Source: Octopus bimaculoides
Taxonomy: Eukaryota
Direction: 5' to 3'
DNA length: 64,000 bases
Assembly (NCBI RefSeq): GCF_001194135.2
Contig: NC_068998.1
Span: 25,601,696-25,665,695, forward strand
Under the pieces are notes generated by a model. That model had not been told where the DNA came from. It searched no databases and saw nothing but the letters and a program-made list of their open reading frames with translations. Each line of letters starts with the position of its first letter. The stretch's first letter is position 1. Of the stretch, positions 48,828-61,315 are shown one piece after another. Position numbers and translations under genes: made by a program.

Positions 48828-50075
48828 CTCTTCTTTTCTTTTCTTTTGCTTTGATGAAGAAATTTGTAGTTCGAAAGTGAAGGGTGTTTAAGTTTTACGA
48901 AATTCTGTGATAGTTTGATACGTATAGTCTTGTATATGTGGCCGTTAGTTTTAATGGGAGAGTTTTCAACAGAGATATAGGAGTGGGAAGTGAAAAGTCT
49001 GCGGTTAAATTCTGAGTGCTCTATGAATTTAATAAAATCGCAGGATGCATGTGTACGTGCATATATATCCAATAGAATCACAGGAGAAATTTATACTGTA
49101 CTCACGAGAACTCATATCTTTTTCCACACGTTACTGCAGGCAGTATGAGGTCAAAATTAAACTTCGGTTGATTTTTTTATCGTAGTTTTCGCAAGAATTA
49201 GGAATTAAANNNNNNNNNNNNNNNNNNNNNNNNNNNNNNNNNNNNNNNNNNNNNNNNNNNNNNNNNNNNNNNNNNNNNNNNNNNNNNNNNNNNNNNNNNN
49301 NNNNNNNNNNNNNNNNNNNNNNNNNNNNNNNNNNNNNNNNNNNNNNNNNNNNNNNNNNNNNNNNNNNNNNNNNNNNNNNNNNNNNNNNNNNNNNNNNNNN
49401 NNNNNNNNNNNNNNNNNNNNNNNNNNNNNNNNNNNNNNNNNNNNNNNNNNNNNNNNNNNNNNNNNNNNNNNNNNNNNNNNNNNNNNNNNNNNNNNNNNNN
49501 NNNNNNNNNNNNNNNNNNNNNNNNNNNNNNNNNNNNNNNNNNNNNNNNNNNNNNNNNNNNNNNNNNNNNNNNNNNNNNNNNNNNNNNNNNNNNNNNNNNN
49601 NNNNNNNNNNNNNNNNNNNNNNNNNNNNNNNNNNNNNNNNNNNNNNNGGGAGAAGAGGGGGAGAGAGAGGGGGAGAGAGAGACATGTACTTTTGTATATA
49701 TCTCTCTCAGGAACACATACTTGCACATACCAAGTAATACTATAATAAACTTATATTATATACGTTCGTTGGTGATTAATACTTACTCTAATTCAAGAAC
49801 TTCTAAACTATTTCGGAATGAATAGGGACAGAGATACGTGATTGTTCATATTAAGAAAACAATAACACCTGCTACATCAAATATAGAAGCGACAAAAGGA
49901 TCGTTAGAAATGAAAAAACAATTTCTTTAGTTTTAAAGTCTAGATAAAACTATCTCCAAACAGAATCTGAAATTATATAGGATGCTGTGAGAAGGAAGAA
50001 TATTCTGAAGATGTCAATTACCGTTCTTATTTCATAATCACTTCCCTCTCTGTAGCTATTCCTAATTTTCACTAG

Positions 50076-50197
50076 GTTATGGGGAAGTGTATCGATATTA
50101 TCTGTTCCTGGATCTTATACAAGAGACAGCCATGCATACTATACGCTTAGAACTGCATACCACCAAAACTTACACCTGGGAATTATTGAACACGAAG
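50076..50197 (+). CDS. Candidate 122-nt internal exon (two open frames)
   Basis: Acceptor ttcctaattttcactag, donor AAG|gtaaaa; frames GYGEVYRYYLFLDLIQETAMHTIRLELHTTKTYTWELLNTK or LWGSVSILSVPGSYTRDSHAYYTLRTAYHQNLHLGIIEHE. Confidence 0.35.
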
Positions 50198-50760
50198 GTA
50201 AAAGTAGATAGAGTTTATAGATTTATTAACAGCTTGAGACTACAGGAAATTATTTATCATTAAATGACTGAAAAGAGAAAACAGTTATCATGATGCCTCG
50301 GTGATCGAATATTTATAGTCTATAGAACGCACAGAATAAAAAAGTATTCGAAAACTACTAAAAGTTCAGGGAGACGATACAAAATTTTAATGAGAATAAA
50401 TAGCACATTCACGATAATTTCTTTAGCGTCGTCAATAAGTTTTCCTATTTGCATAAATAATATATTTTATTTTACCAATTACTCTTTTCATTAAATAATT
50501 TCATTTTTTATTGATTATTATATCTCATTTAACTATTCTGTGATGTATTGATCGAATATTGCAAGGCTATTATATCCGTTTGTAACATTGAGATATGTCT
50601 CGAAACCCCTGTAAAATAGTTATATTTCAGAAATTAGAAGCGCAATAATTATATTTTTATTTCTGTAGTCTGCCAAATTTCCATATGTTTTAAATACAAG
50701 AAGAACCTATAAATTACTTTCTAAGTTAGTGAAAGAATCGTTAGTGTAAACCGATGCTAA

Positions 50761-50993
50761 GGCGGCGAGCTGGCAGAAACGTTAGCACGCCGGGCGAAAT
50801 GCTTAGCAGTATTTCGTCTGCGTTTACGTACTGAGTTCAAATTCCGCCGAGGTCGACTTAGCCTTTCATCCATTCTCACTCGATTAAATAAGTACCAGTT
50901 ACGCACTGGTGTCGATGTAATTGATTTAATCCCTTTGTTTGTCCTTGTTTGTCCCCTCTATGTTTAGCCCCTTGTGGGTAATAAAGAAATAAG
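50761..50993 (+). mobile_element. SINE family 1, full-length, tail type A
   Basis: tRNA-like head ggcggcgagctggcagaaacgttagc..gagttcaaattcc, core gcctttcatcc..aagtaccag, tail gtcccctctatgtttagccccttgtgggtaataaagaaat. Confidence 0.9.
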
Positions 50994-51190
50994 AAACATT
51001 AGCACGCCGGGCGAAATGCTCAGCGGTATTTCATCTATCTTTACATTTCGAGTTCAAATTCTGTCGAGGTCGACTTTGCCTTTCATCCTTTCGGGGTTGA
51101 TAAATTAAGTACAAGTTGCGTACTGGTGTCCATCTAATCGACTGGTGCTCTTCCCCAAAATTTCAGGCCTTGTGCCTAGAGTAGAAGAGA
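50994..51190 (+). mobile_element. SINE family 1, head-clipped tandem copy, tail type B
   Basis: Same head/core; tail ccccaaaatttcaggccttgtgcctagagtagaa. Confidence 0.9.
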
Positions 51191-52880
51191 ATATTTTATG
51201 AAGAAACCTGTGTGAATCAATGCTTTGCAGATTTATGTTAAGATTCAAAACGTATATCAGCCGACTTGAAGAGACACAAAATATGTGCCATCAATATGCT
51301 GAGCGCATTGCTATTAGCTTTTCCCATTCGATCTGAACTTGTGACCTGTAACAGCTTTACAAATCATTACAGCCAGATCACGCTAATGATGGAAACTCAA
51401 AGGCTTTGCAGTCTATAGTTTCGTTGGTTCTCACAATGGTTGAAATAAAGTGAACATTTAATATGAATATCTGATAAGATATTCGATTAAATTTAGCCAC
51501 ACTCCTACAACGGTAACATAAAATTATATTAGTTATCAAATAAAATACACTATACGTTTTATTTGTAATGAGGTGTATAGTTTAATATTCCACGTAATTG
51601 CTTCAAATTTTTATTGTTTTGGGTCGATACACCTGGTTTGTTTATAACATCATTTAATATTTTCAGGGATGATAGATTTTCATTTAACATTATAGACTTA
51701 ATAGCCCAACATCAGACGAATTGAAATAGAGATATTTTAATTGGTTACCTTTGTAAATATGTTTTTTTAACTTTTATCACCTATCACGTATCAGTTGATG
51801 TTCTCAGATTTCATTGTTAGTAAAATTAATCGTAATAGTGTTTATAGCCGCCTTATTAATATATTTTAAAAAAATAAGCTTTAAATATTTGCGTTTTTTT
51901 CTTCTCGCGTGTAACGTAAATGTTTTTCTATCCAATTGGCGTCGTTTAGATTGCTGGAACATATGAAATATATCTTGTAAACGCTATTTCAATTTCCTGT
52001 AGCACTAATTCACCATAGAAAAACCATGGGCGTTACAAGTGTCCTATCGCAAATCCTTTAACTTTTTTTTTTGTATATAATCACCAGAAAACAATGTTTA
52101 GGAGAAAACCTTTAAATAACTGGAAAGGAGCTATTTTAATAAACAAATGGTTTACATTGCAACGAAACCGATGAGGGAGCCAGTTTAATATCCTGGGTAA
52201 CTTTTTTTAAATGTTGCAAGCTATCAAACGGTCGATCATATAAATCGACTTCCAGCAACTTGAAGAAAGAAAATCCAAAGGAATTATTTAAGTTGTAGTC
52301 ACTTTCGTGAATTTTATATTAATGACGAATGACGAATATATATGTAAAAACTTAAAGGGAATTGTTGAATTGAAACGAACTGTTTATCACTAACTTCACA
52401 TCTCAAAAATAGCCAACTGACATGTATTAGCTGTGACAAATATTTGAGAACATAATTTGAAGCGGAGTCATCTAAGGTTTCTAACAGCAAATTTACATTG
52501 GTCATAGCACCGTTTTTCACACACTCTTTCTTTACTTCATATAACACGCAAACATAAAGTCTAAAAGATTTTTCCTTAAATATTAGGCTCTGTTATTGCC
52601 AATTATAATGATTAGTCTATTATTATTTTTTTAAAGAAAGAAGATTGAGATTGGTACGAGGATTCATTTTAAGTAGAAACCTAACATTTTTCTACTATGT
52701 ACACATTTATTGACAACAATGTTACTCTTATAAAATCTATGTAAGTAATGCTTTGAATATGCGTTATCTTAGTTCTGAAGCCGAATCTAAAACAATTATT
52801 ATTATCTTATAATGTTCTATAAAACTTTATGTACACACACATACACATACACACAAACCCACGCACATACATATATACAA

Positions 52881-52912
<32 letters not shown>

Positions 52913-53029
52913 NNNNNNNNNNNNNNNNNNNNNNNNNNNNNNNNNNNNNNNNNNNNNNNNNNNNNNNNNNNNNNNNNNNNNNNNNNNNNNNATATACACA
53001 CATTATATGTATGTACGTATATGTATATA

Positions 53030-54288
53030 CAGGGTGCGTAAGACATTTAACGACAGATTTATATTTATATAATAATAGATAATAACTTTATTTATCAAAA
53101 AATGCTATGAGGATAAAAGTAAATCTTCTTCTTTCAAATGTTATTCAATTAAATCACCTTCAGCTTCAACAACTGCCTTTGTATGAAATCTATATCATCT
53201 ACATGCTCGAATCAAGTGGTCCTGGTTCATTTTGGACATTACTTTGACTATGGCAGCTTTCAAAGAATCTTTGCTATTATGGGTGTATTCATTGACCTAT
53301 CTCTCTCCCTCCCCCTCTCTCCCCCTCTCTCTCTCTCGACAACAACATTCCACATGTAATAGTTCAATGGATTGAAATCTGGGGAATTAGGAGACCAAAT
53401 GTGAGGGGTTCTGTGATCATGAACATTTTCAGCCTTCTATCCCTGTGTTACTAGAGCCATGTGTGATAGTGCAGCGTCTTACTGAAACACATACGGCCTT
53501 CCATTGCATACACTGTTTATCTAGGGCTTAACAATTATATCAAGTAACTCAATCTAGGCATCAGAGTTAATTCTAAGGTCTTGTAGAAAGAAGTAAGGAG
53601 GTATCACATGTCCTTCATAGCTGTCAGATTCTAAAACTATGACAGTCGCAGGAAATTTTGTAGGCATAACACATGGAACTTCAGAACGGTCTTCACATAA
53701 CCATCTGTCATTTCTTCTGTTAACTTTTTTGATCTTGGTCGAAGGTTTTCTCGTTTGAGAAAAGCCAAATAAAATCTTTTTCTGCTGGATTTTTCAGTTT
53801 TTTTAAGAGCCGTTTGGATCTGATGTAATAATTTTCTTTTGCTTTGTTTAACAAATTAACTTTTCCTTATCATATAAGACTTAAATCTGATGTCTTCAAA
53901 GATAACATTTCTGAATGTTCCTTCTAACACTTGGAGACTTTTGCAATTGACCTCATGGATTTTCTGGGATTGTAATCAATGGTCTGTTGAACTTGCTGGA
54001 TAAATTCAGGTGTTCAGGTGTTCTGATGATTTCAAAGCGTTTAGAATGCTATTTTTGTTTTGATTCTCGTGACATGTTTCCATCTTCTGTTTCTAGCTCC
54101 TTACAAAGATGTAGACTAAAGATCTGGACACATTTAAAAACCGAGATTTTTCTAAATCGCTATGCTCAGCCTTTATAACCACAATAATGGCATGCATCTT
54201 CATTTCTTGAGTAAGCTGAGAGTCCGCGGTTACTATTTTCTGAAACAAAGATTATACAGATTTAGCAAAAGATGCCTTACGTACCCCA
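53030..54288 (-). mobile_element. maT/DD37D-like Tc1/mariner transposon, near full length, decayed
   Basis: TIR cagggtgcgtaagacat (53030) vs atgccttacgtacccca (to 54288), TA flanks; HAIIVVIKAEHSDLE..FLNVSRSLV; HIWSPNSPDFNPLNYYMW; NSKDSLKAAIVKVM. Confidence 0.88.
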
Positions 54289-54296
54289 TATATAAA

Positions 54297-55725
54297 GGTG
54301 CAGGCGTGTCTGTGTGGAAGGAAGTTTGCTTCGTAACCACATGGTTCCTTGTTTAGTCCTACTTCTTAGCACCTTGGGCAAGTGTTTTTTATTATAACCC
54401 CGGATCGAACAAACCGTTGTGAGTGGAGTTGGTAGACAGAGACTAAAACAAGCTTGTCGCATAAATATATATATATATATATATATANNNNNNNNNNNNN
54501 NNNNNNNNNNNNNNNNNNNNNNNNNNNNNNNNNNNNNNNNNNNNNNNNNNNNNNNNNNNNNNNNNNNNNNNNNNNNNNNNNNNNNNNNNNNNNNNNNNNN
54601 NNNNNNNNNNNNNNNNNNNAAGAAAGCTCATGCGGTTTTTAATCTTTAAATTCAGGTGCACATATCTCGGCCGTAATGGTTTCGCCTGGATCAAAAAAAC
54701 TGTGATGGATGAGACCGCCCGCAGACCACCGAACCGTCAGTAGGACCTTGTTTAGGTGCCACTTCGGCTTCGGGAAGTGCCGTGGAGATTCGTCAGCGTC
54801 CAACCACTGAGCTGAGCCTCACCAGATGTCGTAAAGTATCCACTTTTCATCGCAAGTCACAATCCGGTCGAGAAACAGGTCGCTCTTTTTGCGTAAAAGA
54901 AGGGAAGACGACACCCAAAATGTTTTTTTTTTATTTTTATTTTTTGGTTGTCGTTCAATTCATGCAGCACCCATTTCTGAAGTATTTTTTGATTTTCCAA
55001 ATTTTTTCAAGTGGTTGGAAATTGTTGTATACGTTAAGTCTAATTCAGGAGCTTACTCTCGAACAGTTGTGCGTGGATTGGCTTCTACTAAGGCTCTTAG
55101 TTGATCGTTGTCAACATCCAATAGCCGACCACTACGCTTATCATCTTCAGGAATCTCATCACCGCTACAAAATTTCTTGAACCACCATTGTGCTGTACAT
55201 TCATTAGTGGTTCCTGGACCAAACGCATCGTTGATATCGCGAGCTGTTTCAGCAGTTTTTCAGCCTAGCTTGAACTGGAATAAGAATATTGTGCGAATTT
55301 GCCTTTTATCTATGTTGTATTCAACGTTCCAGAAAAAATGGTCTAATTATTCAAAAAGAAAAAGAGTAACACGCGTAGATAGAGCGAAGAACGGGCTTTT
55401 AAATGGTATATCAAGTTAAAGTAATCTAACAACAATTAATTTCAAAATACATCATTTAAAACCAAAATAAAAAATTCCGCAAGAACTTTCTAGACAACCT
55501 AATATATATATGTAAATGTTTGTGTGTCTGTGTTTGTCCCCCACTTCACCATCGCTTCACAACCGATGTTGGCTGTTTATGTCCCTGTAAATTAGCTCTT
55601 TGGCAAAAGAGACGGATAGAATAAGTACTAGGGTTACAAAGAATAAGTCCTGAGGTCAATTTGTACGACTAAAGGTGGTGCTCTTGCATGGCAGCAGTCA
55701 AATGAATGAAATAATAAAAGAATGA
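54297..55725 (+). mobile_element. SINE family 2 split by a mariner insertion in its internal (TA)n
   Basis: Head 54297-54460 (ggtgcaggcgtgtctgtgtgg..gcaccttgggcaagtg), (TA)n, insert, (TA)n, tail 55510-55725 (ggcaaaagagacggatagaataagtactagg..gcatggcagcagtcaaatga). Confidence 0.75.
54608..55503 (-). mobile_element. Mariner, internally deleted, both TIRs
   Basis: DKRQIRTIFLFQFKLG.KTAETARDINDAFGPGTTNECTAQWWFKKF..RSGRLLDVDNDQLRALVEANPRTTVRE; TIR tattaggttgtctagaaagttcttgcgg (rc, to 55503) vs agaaagctcatgcgg at 54621 (left end in gap). Confidence 0.92.
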
Positions 55726-56529
55726 TATATATATTCATGTATATTATAAATACATATGTGTGTATGTGTTTATACATATATATACTATAAATATATAGTA
55801 TACTATCAATACATGCTATACAATATGGCTTTACAATATAACTAGGCAAAAGTGTTTGTATATATAGACGACTATACAACGTGTTTATAACTCCTACTTC
55901 CGTCCACAAAATATTCCTCATTTAGACAGATTGCTTACAGCTGCCTCAAAACAGAACATTGCCAAAACATGAGAAATACATTGATTGAACTACCTGCCAA
56001 CACTTACACACACACACANNNNNNNNNNNNNNNNNNNNNNNNNNNNNNNNNNNNNNNNNNNNNNNNNNNNNNNNNNNNNNNNNNNNNNNNNNNNNNNNNN
56101 NNNNNNNNNNNNNNNNNNNNNNNNNNNNNNNNNNNNNNNNNNNNNNNNNNNNNNNNNNNNNNNNNNNNNNNNNNNNNNNNNNNNNNNNNNNNNNNNNNNN
56201 NNNNNNNNNNNNNNNNNNNNNNNNNNNNNNNNNNNNNNNNNNNNNNNNNNNNNNNNNNNNNNNNNNNNNNNNNNNNNNNNNNNNNNNNNNNNNNNNNNNN
56301 NNNNNNNNNNNNNNNNNNNNNNNNNNNNNNNNNNNNNNNNNNNNNNNNNNNNNNNNNNNNNNNNNNNNNNNNNNNTATATGGCGAATGTTTTTTAAGCAG
56401 TGTCGATTTTTACAATCCTGTAAAGAACCTACCTTCTTTCTGTCGCGGGTTTATATGCCCCACTATTAGACTAGTTTCTTTAGTCATAGCACGGTGATCG
56501 CTATAAGCTTTAAGCTTATGAAATACTAT

Positions 56530-57200
56530 TATTATTATTTACATCTGACACTTGCATCCTATCTTTACTCCTAACCACCTTCTCTCTTCATCGATACTCC
56601 CCTCTACCCACACTCCACTCCCACATACCCCACTCCTACCCCTACATATCCACCCTACATATCCACCCTACATCCCCACCCTACACCTAACCCCCACATC
56701 TCCATACAACACTCCTACATCACACACCACCATACACCACTCCACACACACTAGCACTGACCACTTCCCAGTACCCAAACCACCATCTGCACACCTACAC
56801 ACCATCATCCGCACACTCACACACGCACACATTACAGATTCATACATACCCTTACACACGCACATATTCACACGACAAAGTCGGTAGCTCCTATCCACAC
56901 GCATTTACACATCCTCAGATATACACACGTGCGCGCTTCTTCGTTTTGGGATCACCAATCCTTCATTATGTACCCTTCTTACTATCTCTTCTGTCAAACT
57001 TTTTTTCCAAACCAGTCGCAATGCTTGATCGCTAAATCCACAAGTTTTTTTTTTCTTTTTAATTCGTTCTCTCCTTATTTTCTCTTCTTCCTTTCTGTTG
57101 AAGAGCGAAGGCTCGAAACGTAAAAGACTTTCTCACTTTCCCGAGCGTCAAACTATTACACATGCCTGTTGGTCACAAACCTGTCTTCGTCTTTTTTTCA
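56530..57200 (+). mobile_element. C/A-rich tract plus Penelope-type terminal repeat with hammerhead-like motif (copy 3, 57090-57127)
   Basis: CCTTT-CTGTTGA-A-GAGC-GAAG-GCTC-GAAAC-GTA-AAAGA; downstream ttcccgagcgtcaaacta..cacctgtcttcgtctttt-like flank shared with the other copies. Confidence 0.65.
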
Positions 57201-58184
57201 GTAAATTTCAACTATATATATATGTATGTATGTATATAAATATATATATATATAAATACACTCTGCAATAGGTAAATTGTCACTATTTAATACTTTCAAT
57301 TCCACGTATGCGCGTTGTTTGTTTTTGATTTTGTCGACTACACAGTATAGTAGAGTCAGTTGAGCACCGTGTGTGAGAAAAACAGCACCATGACCCAATA
57401 CATTCTACCAGAAATTTAGAAACTATTTCTGATACCGCTTCATTTTGAGGAATACAAGACTGGGTGATCAGTGAGAATTTTCTGTTTATCTTGAAAATAG
57501 TAATAGGGTGATTAAAAAGACGTGAAAAATATGATTCATCTTTTTGAGCAACAGTTTATCTCATGCTCCACAGCCATCACGATATTATTTATAAATATTG
57601 ATTTTTAATTTCGGCTCTCAAACATAAGAGAGAGAAATATGGGGTGACATTCTTTCCTTCATGGCATTTCTTGCCTATTATGGTTATCTCAGACCATAAA
57701 TGAAAACACATTTTATGGATTTGCTGTTGCGATGTTTAGCTGTTGTTCTATACATTTGATCATCCTAGTTGAAAATTAGTGTTTTAATTACAATGACAAT
57801 TGAGATATAAAAACGTTTTGGTTGATTTAACTGACTGCGAAGCAGACGAAAGGAAACATTTTCAGCATCATTCTCGCTTCATACCTTCTCGTTGTCTATG
57901 TTGCTCTATATTCTTTGGGTTATGATAAATTAAATACCATTAGTTTATTGAAGCTTATGTTTTTGATTCTAAATATTCCTCTCGTTTCTAATTAATACTC
58001 TCAATATGGTCCTTTATAGTCTCCATTTGGAAAGTAGAAATATATATCTGTATGTAGAGATTAACGATTTATCGCATTCAGGGTTTTAAAAATCCTGATT
58101 AATTGTTTTCTCGGCGCCCCCAAGCGAAGAAGTAGGTCACCCAAGATATATAAATAAAGGTAGTCTAGCCGTGGTAGAGGGGTT

Positions 58185-58280
58185 GAGTAGCTGACGAGGA
58201 GCAGTCGAGTAGCTGACGAGGAGCAGTCGAGTAGCTGACGAGGAGCAGTCGAGTAGCTGTTGAGTAGCAGTCGAGTAGAG
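58185..58280. repeat. GC-rich minisatellite, 22-bp unit built of two 11-bp variants
   Basis: (gagtagctgacgaggagcagtc)x3 followed by gagtagctgtt gagtagcagtc gagtagag. Confidence 0.95.
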
Positions 58281-59329
58281 ATCATCCGAAGGTGCTAGAT
58301 AGCAGTAGTTTGAGACATAACATTAATACAATTTAATCTTTGCTAAAAGGCCGAGAAGTGAAACAAATCCTGATAATAAAAAATATATTGACATTTTTTA
58401 TTTGTTATTTAACTGCATTCAGTGTTTTCAATCCTTTGAAAGAATATGCTGAATATTTTTGTAGAATGCAGATTAATATATATCCCTTGACTGTTCAATT
58501 TTCAGTCATTCATCTATTTGAAATCTTTTAAGAAATATTTTCATCTGCAACGTCAAAAACCACTATCACTGGGCGAGAATTCAAACGAAGCTAATATGAG
58601 ACAATATTTTAATTTATTTTGTTTTGAAACATATAATTCAACAATGGTTAACATGTTAATAATGTCTGATATCTTATTTTCTTAAGATGTAATGATTTTG
58701 TCTCTTACGTTTTTTACTATTCAGAGACTATACATACTTTTGTTAATCTTTTGTTCAAAGCGATTTCTGTACTTGTAAAAGAAAAATCATTTTGAAGAAA
58801 ACGTTCCTTGTAGAAGCACTTGAAATATGGTAATGTCAAAAACTGTAATTTCTGTATCAAAATTATGTGTACTAATTAGACACTAACAATTTGTAAATAA
58901 ATAATGGTTAACTTAAGTGGATATCATTCGGTTGCCAAATTCAAAACGGGTTTCATGACAAAATACATATTCATCTCCTCCTACCAAAAGTGTCAAAAGT
59001 TCGGAAAAGGATAACGTGACTGCATTTTCTTTTCTATTTTTAGTCCATATACAAAGTAACGGTTTTTATTTCACTCCCGATAAAATGAGTGCAAAGTGTC
59101 AGTAAATCATTGACAATGCTTTTGAGCACGTGCAATAGTGTCTAATTCAGATCGGAGGAAAATGTAAAAATACATCTTCAAACTGTTTACTTAACTGCAT
59201 TTCAGTACAATGAAAGTTTTAATTTAATGTTGTTGCCATTGTTGGAAATATCCGAATTGACAGTTCCTTCACAAATTAAACGTGAGCGCAGTTGTTTTCA
59301 TGGCACCGCAAAACCTAAAAATATTTATA

Positions 59330-59385
59330 CATATATACATACATATATACACACATGCACACACACACACGCACGCACGCACGCA

Positions 59386-59467
<82 letters not shown>

Positions 59468-59510
59468 TATGTATATGCATACATATGCATATGCATATGT
59501 ATATATATAC
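59330..59510. repeat. Compound (CA)n/(TA)n microsatellite
   Basis: Direct inspection. Confidence 0.97.
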
Positions 59511-60249
59511 AAAATTGATTAATAAAAAAAACAGCAAAAGGTCAACANNNNNNNNNNNNNNNNNNNNNNNNNNNNNNNNNNNNNNNNNNNNNNNNNNNNN
59601 NNNNNNNNNNNNNNNNNNNNNNNNNNNNNNNNNNNNNNNNNNNNNNNNNNNNNNNNNNNNNNNNNNNNNNNNNNNNNNNNNNNNNNNNNNNNNNNNNNNN
59701 NNNNNNNNNNNNNNNNNNNNNNNNNNNNNNNNNNNNNNNNNNNNNNNNNNNNNNNNNNNNNNNNNNNNNNNNNNNNNNNNNNNNNNNNNNNNNNNNNNNN
59801 NNNNNNNNNNNNNNNNNNNNNNNNNNNNNNNNNNNNNNNNNNNNNNNNNNNNNNNNNNNNNNNNNNNNNNNNNNNNNNNNNNNNNNNNNNNNNNNNNNNT
59901 ATATATATATATATATATATATATGCCCGAGCGCTATATATATACAGTTTTTTTCAATTTTTTTCCTCGAGTACGAAAATAATAAGCAGATTATGAAATG
60001 CACACCTTTTGTATATATACAGTTTTCTTTAGGTTCTCATCAGCATGTCAATTTTCAGCTGAAATTTTAAATTTTCGTACAGATTCGAAAATCACAGCAC
60101 TTTGGCGTTATCATCTCAAAGATATGCTTTGCAACACGAAAGTTTGGTTATGTTTCTAGCTTGGATCATCCTCTACTTTCGTCAACTTTCTTTCAATATA
60201 TGAACAAACCATACATTTTCATTATGGATTTCATAGTTAATGGAACCCA

Positions 60250-60345
60250 TTACAGTTTATTAATTGCCTTTTATTTATCAAAGAGACTAAAAGGTAAAGT
60301 CAACTCCAGTTAAATTTGAAATCACATTAGGAACAGACGCTCTAA
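60250..60345 (-). mobile_element. SINE family 1, degraded fragment
   Basis: ttttatttatcaaagagactaaaaggtaaagtcaactccagttaaatttgaaatc resembles the rc of the core and B-box. Confidence 0.55.
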
Positions 60346-60799
60346 ATAAATGTCTCCCACTATTTTTCCATGGTCATGATAAATACCATATTTCATTTTA
60401 TACGCAAAATGAGGCGTTTGCGGGTGAAGTGAAACGTGAGTCTTATACACTATATTCATCTCAATATATTACTGATAATCATTTCATGACATAAGCGTTA
60501 TTGAACAGAAAATATTCTTTTATACAATATATCAGATGCAATCGGCAACTCTTATTAAGTTACATATTAATTTGATGCATTTGATGTAGTTTTACAGTAA
60601 TATTTAGAATAACGGACACAGATATGTTGAGTTCGACAAGGAGATGATAAAATGCTAACTATAAAATTGTAAACAATTTAAGACAAGCAAATATCTGAGT
60701 TGTCTCTCACAAATGCTACCTAAAGTTAATTTCTGCTTCTCGAGGTACCGAACTTGATTTTAAATATGTGTTTGTGCGCGCGCGTGGGTATGTAAATAT

Positions 60800-60825
60800 A
60801 TATACATACATACAAACACACACAA

Positions 60826-60860
<35 letters not shown>

Positions 60861-60866
60861 CAGACA

Positions 60867-60931
<65 letters not shown>

Positions 60932-60945
60932 TTATATATATATGC
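60800..60945. repeat. (CA)n microsatellite
   Basis: Direct inspection. Confidence 0.97.
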
Positions 60946-61266
60946 GCGTACATATAATTTGCAAATCGTTAACTGCAAGATGTACACCTGATATTACTTA
61001 AAATATACTTTTCTTACCACTATTGCTGCTATTCTTTTACAACTTCACTGCTTATGCTGAAATTTCCTATACTTGTTAATTCTCTGCATGAAATACCCGA
61101 TGTACCTCATGTAATGTTTCCTATTTTAAATGTGTTTTCTTGCTCTTTTTATAGTTTTGTATCTATGGTGTATGTTTTTAATGTTTGAGTTGCTCCTTTA
61201 CAATTTATCGATTTCCCTCTCGTTATCTATAACTATAAAAGAGAGTTTGTGTGAGTGTGGGTGTGT

Positions 61267-61315
<49 letters not shown>

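Noticed and set aside
50761-50850. tRNA-like A/B boxes
   Set aside because: SINE head, not a cloverleaf tRNA gene
58185-58280. CRISPR-like or hammerhead array
   Set aside because: Pure tandem repeat with no spacers, eukaryotic context, and no GAAA core half
4390-60003. Long ORFs containing X runs and YI/CV/TH/SL repeats
   Set aside because: Artefacts of N gaps and dinucleotide repeats
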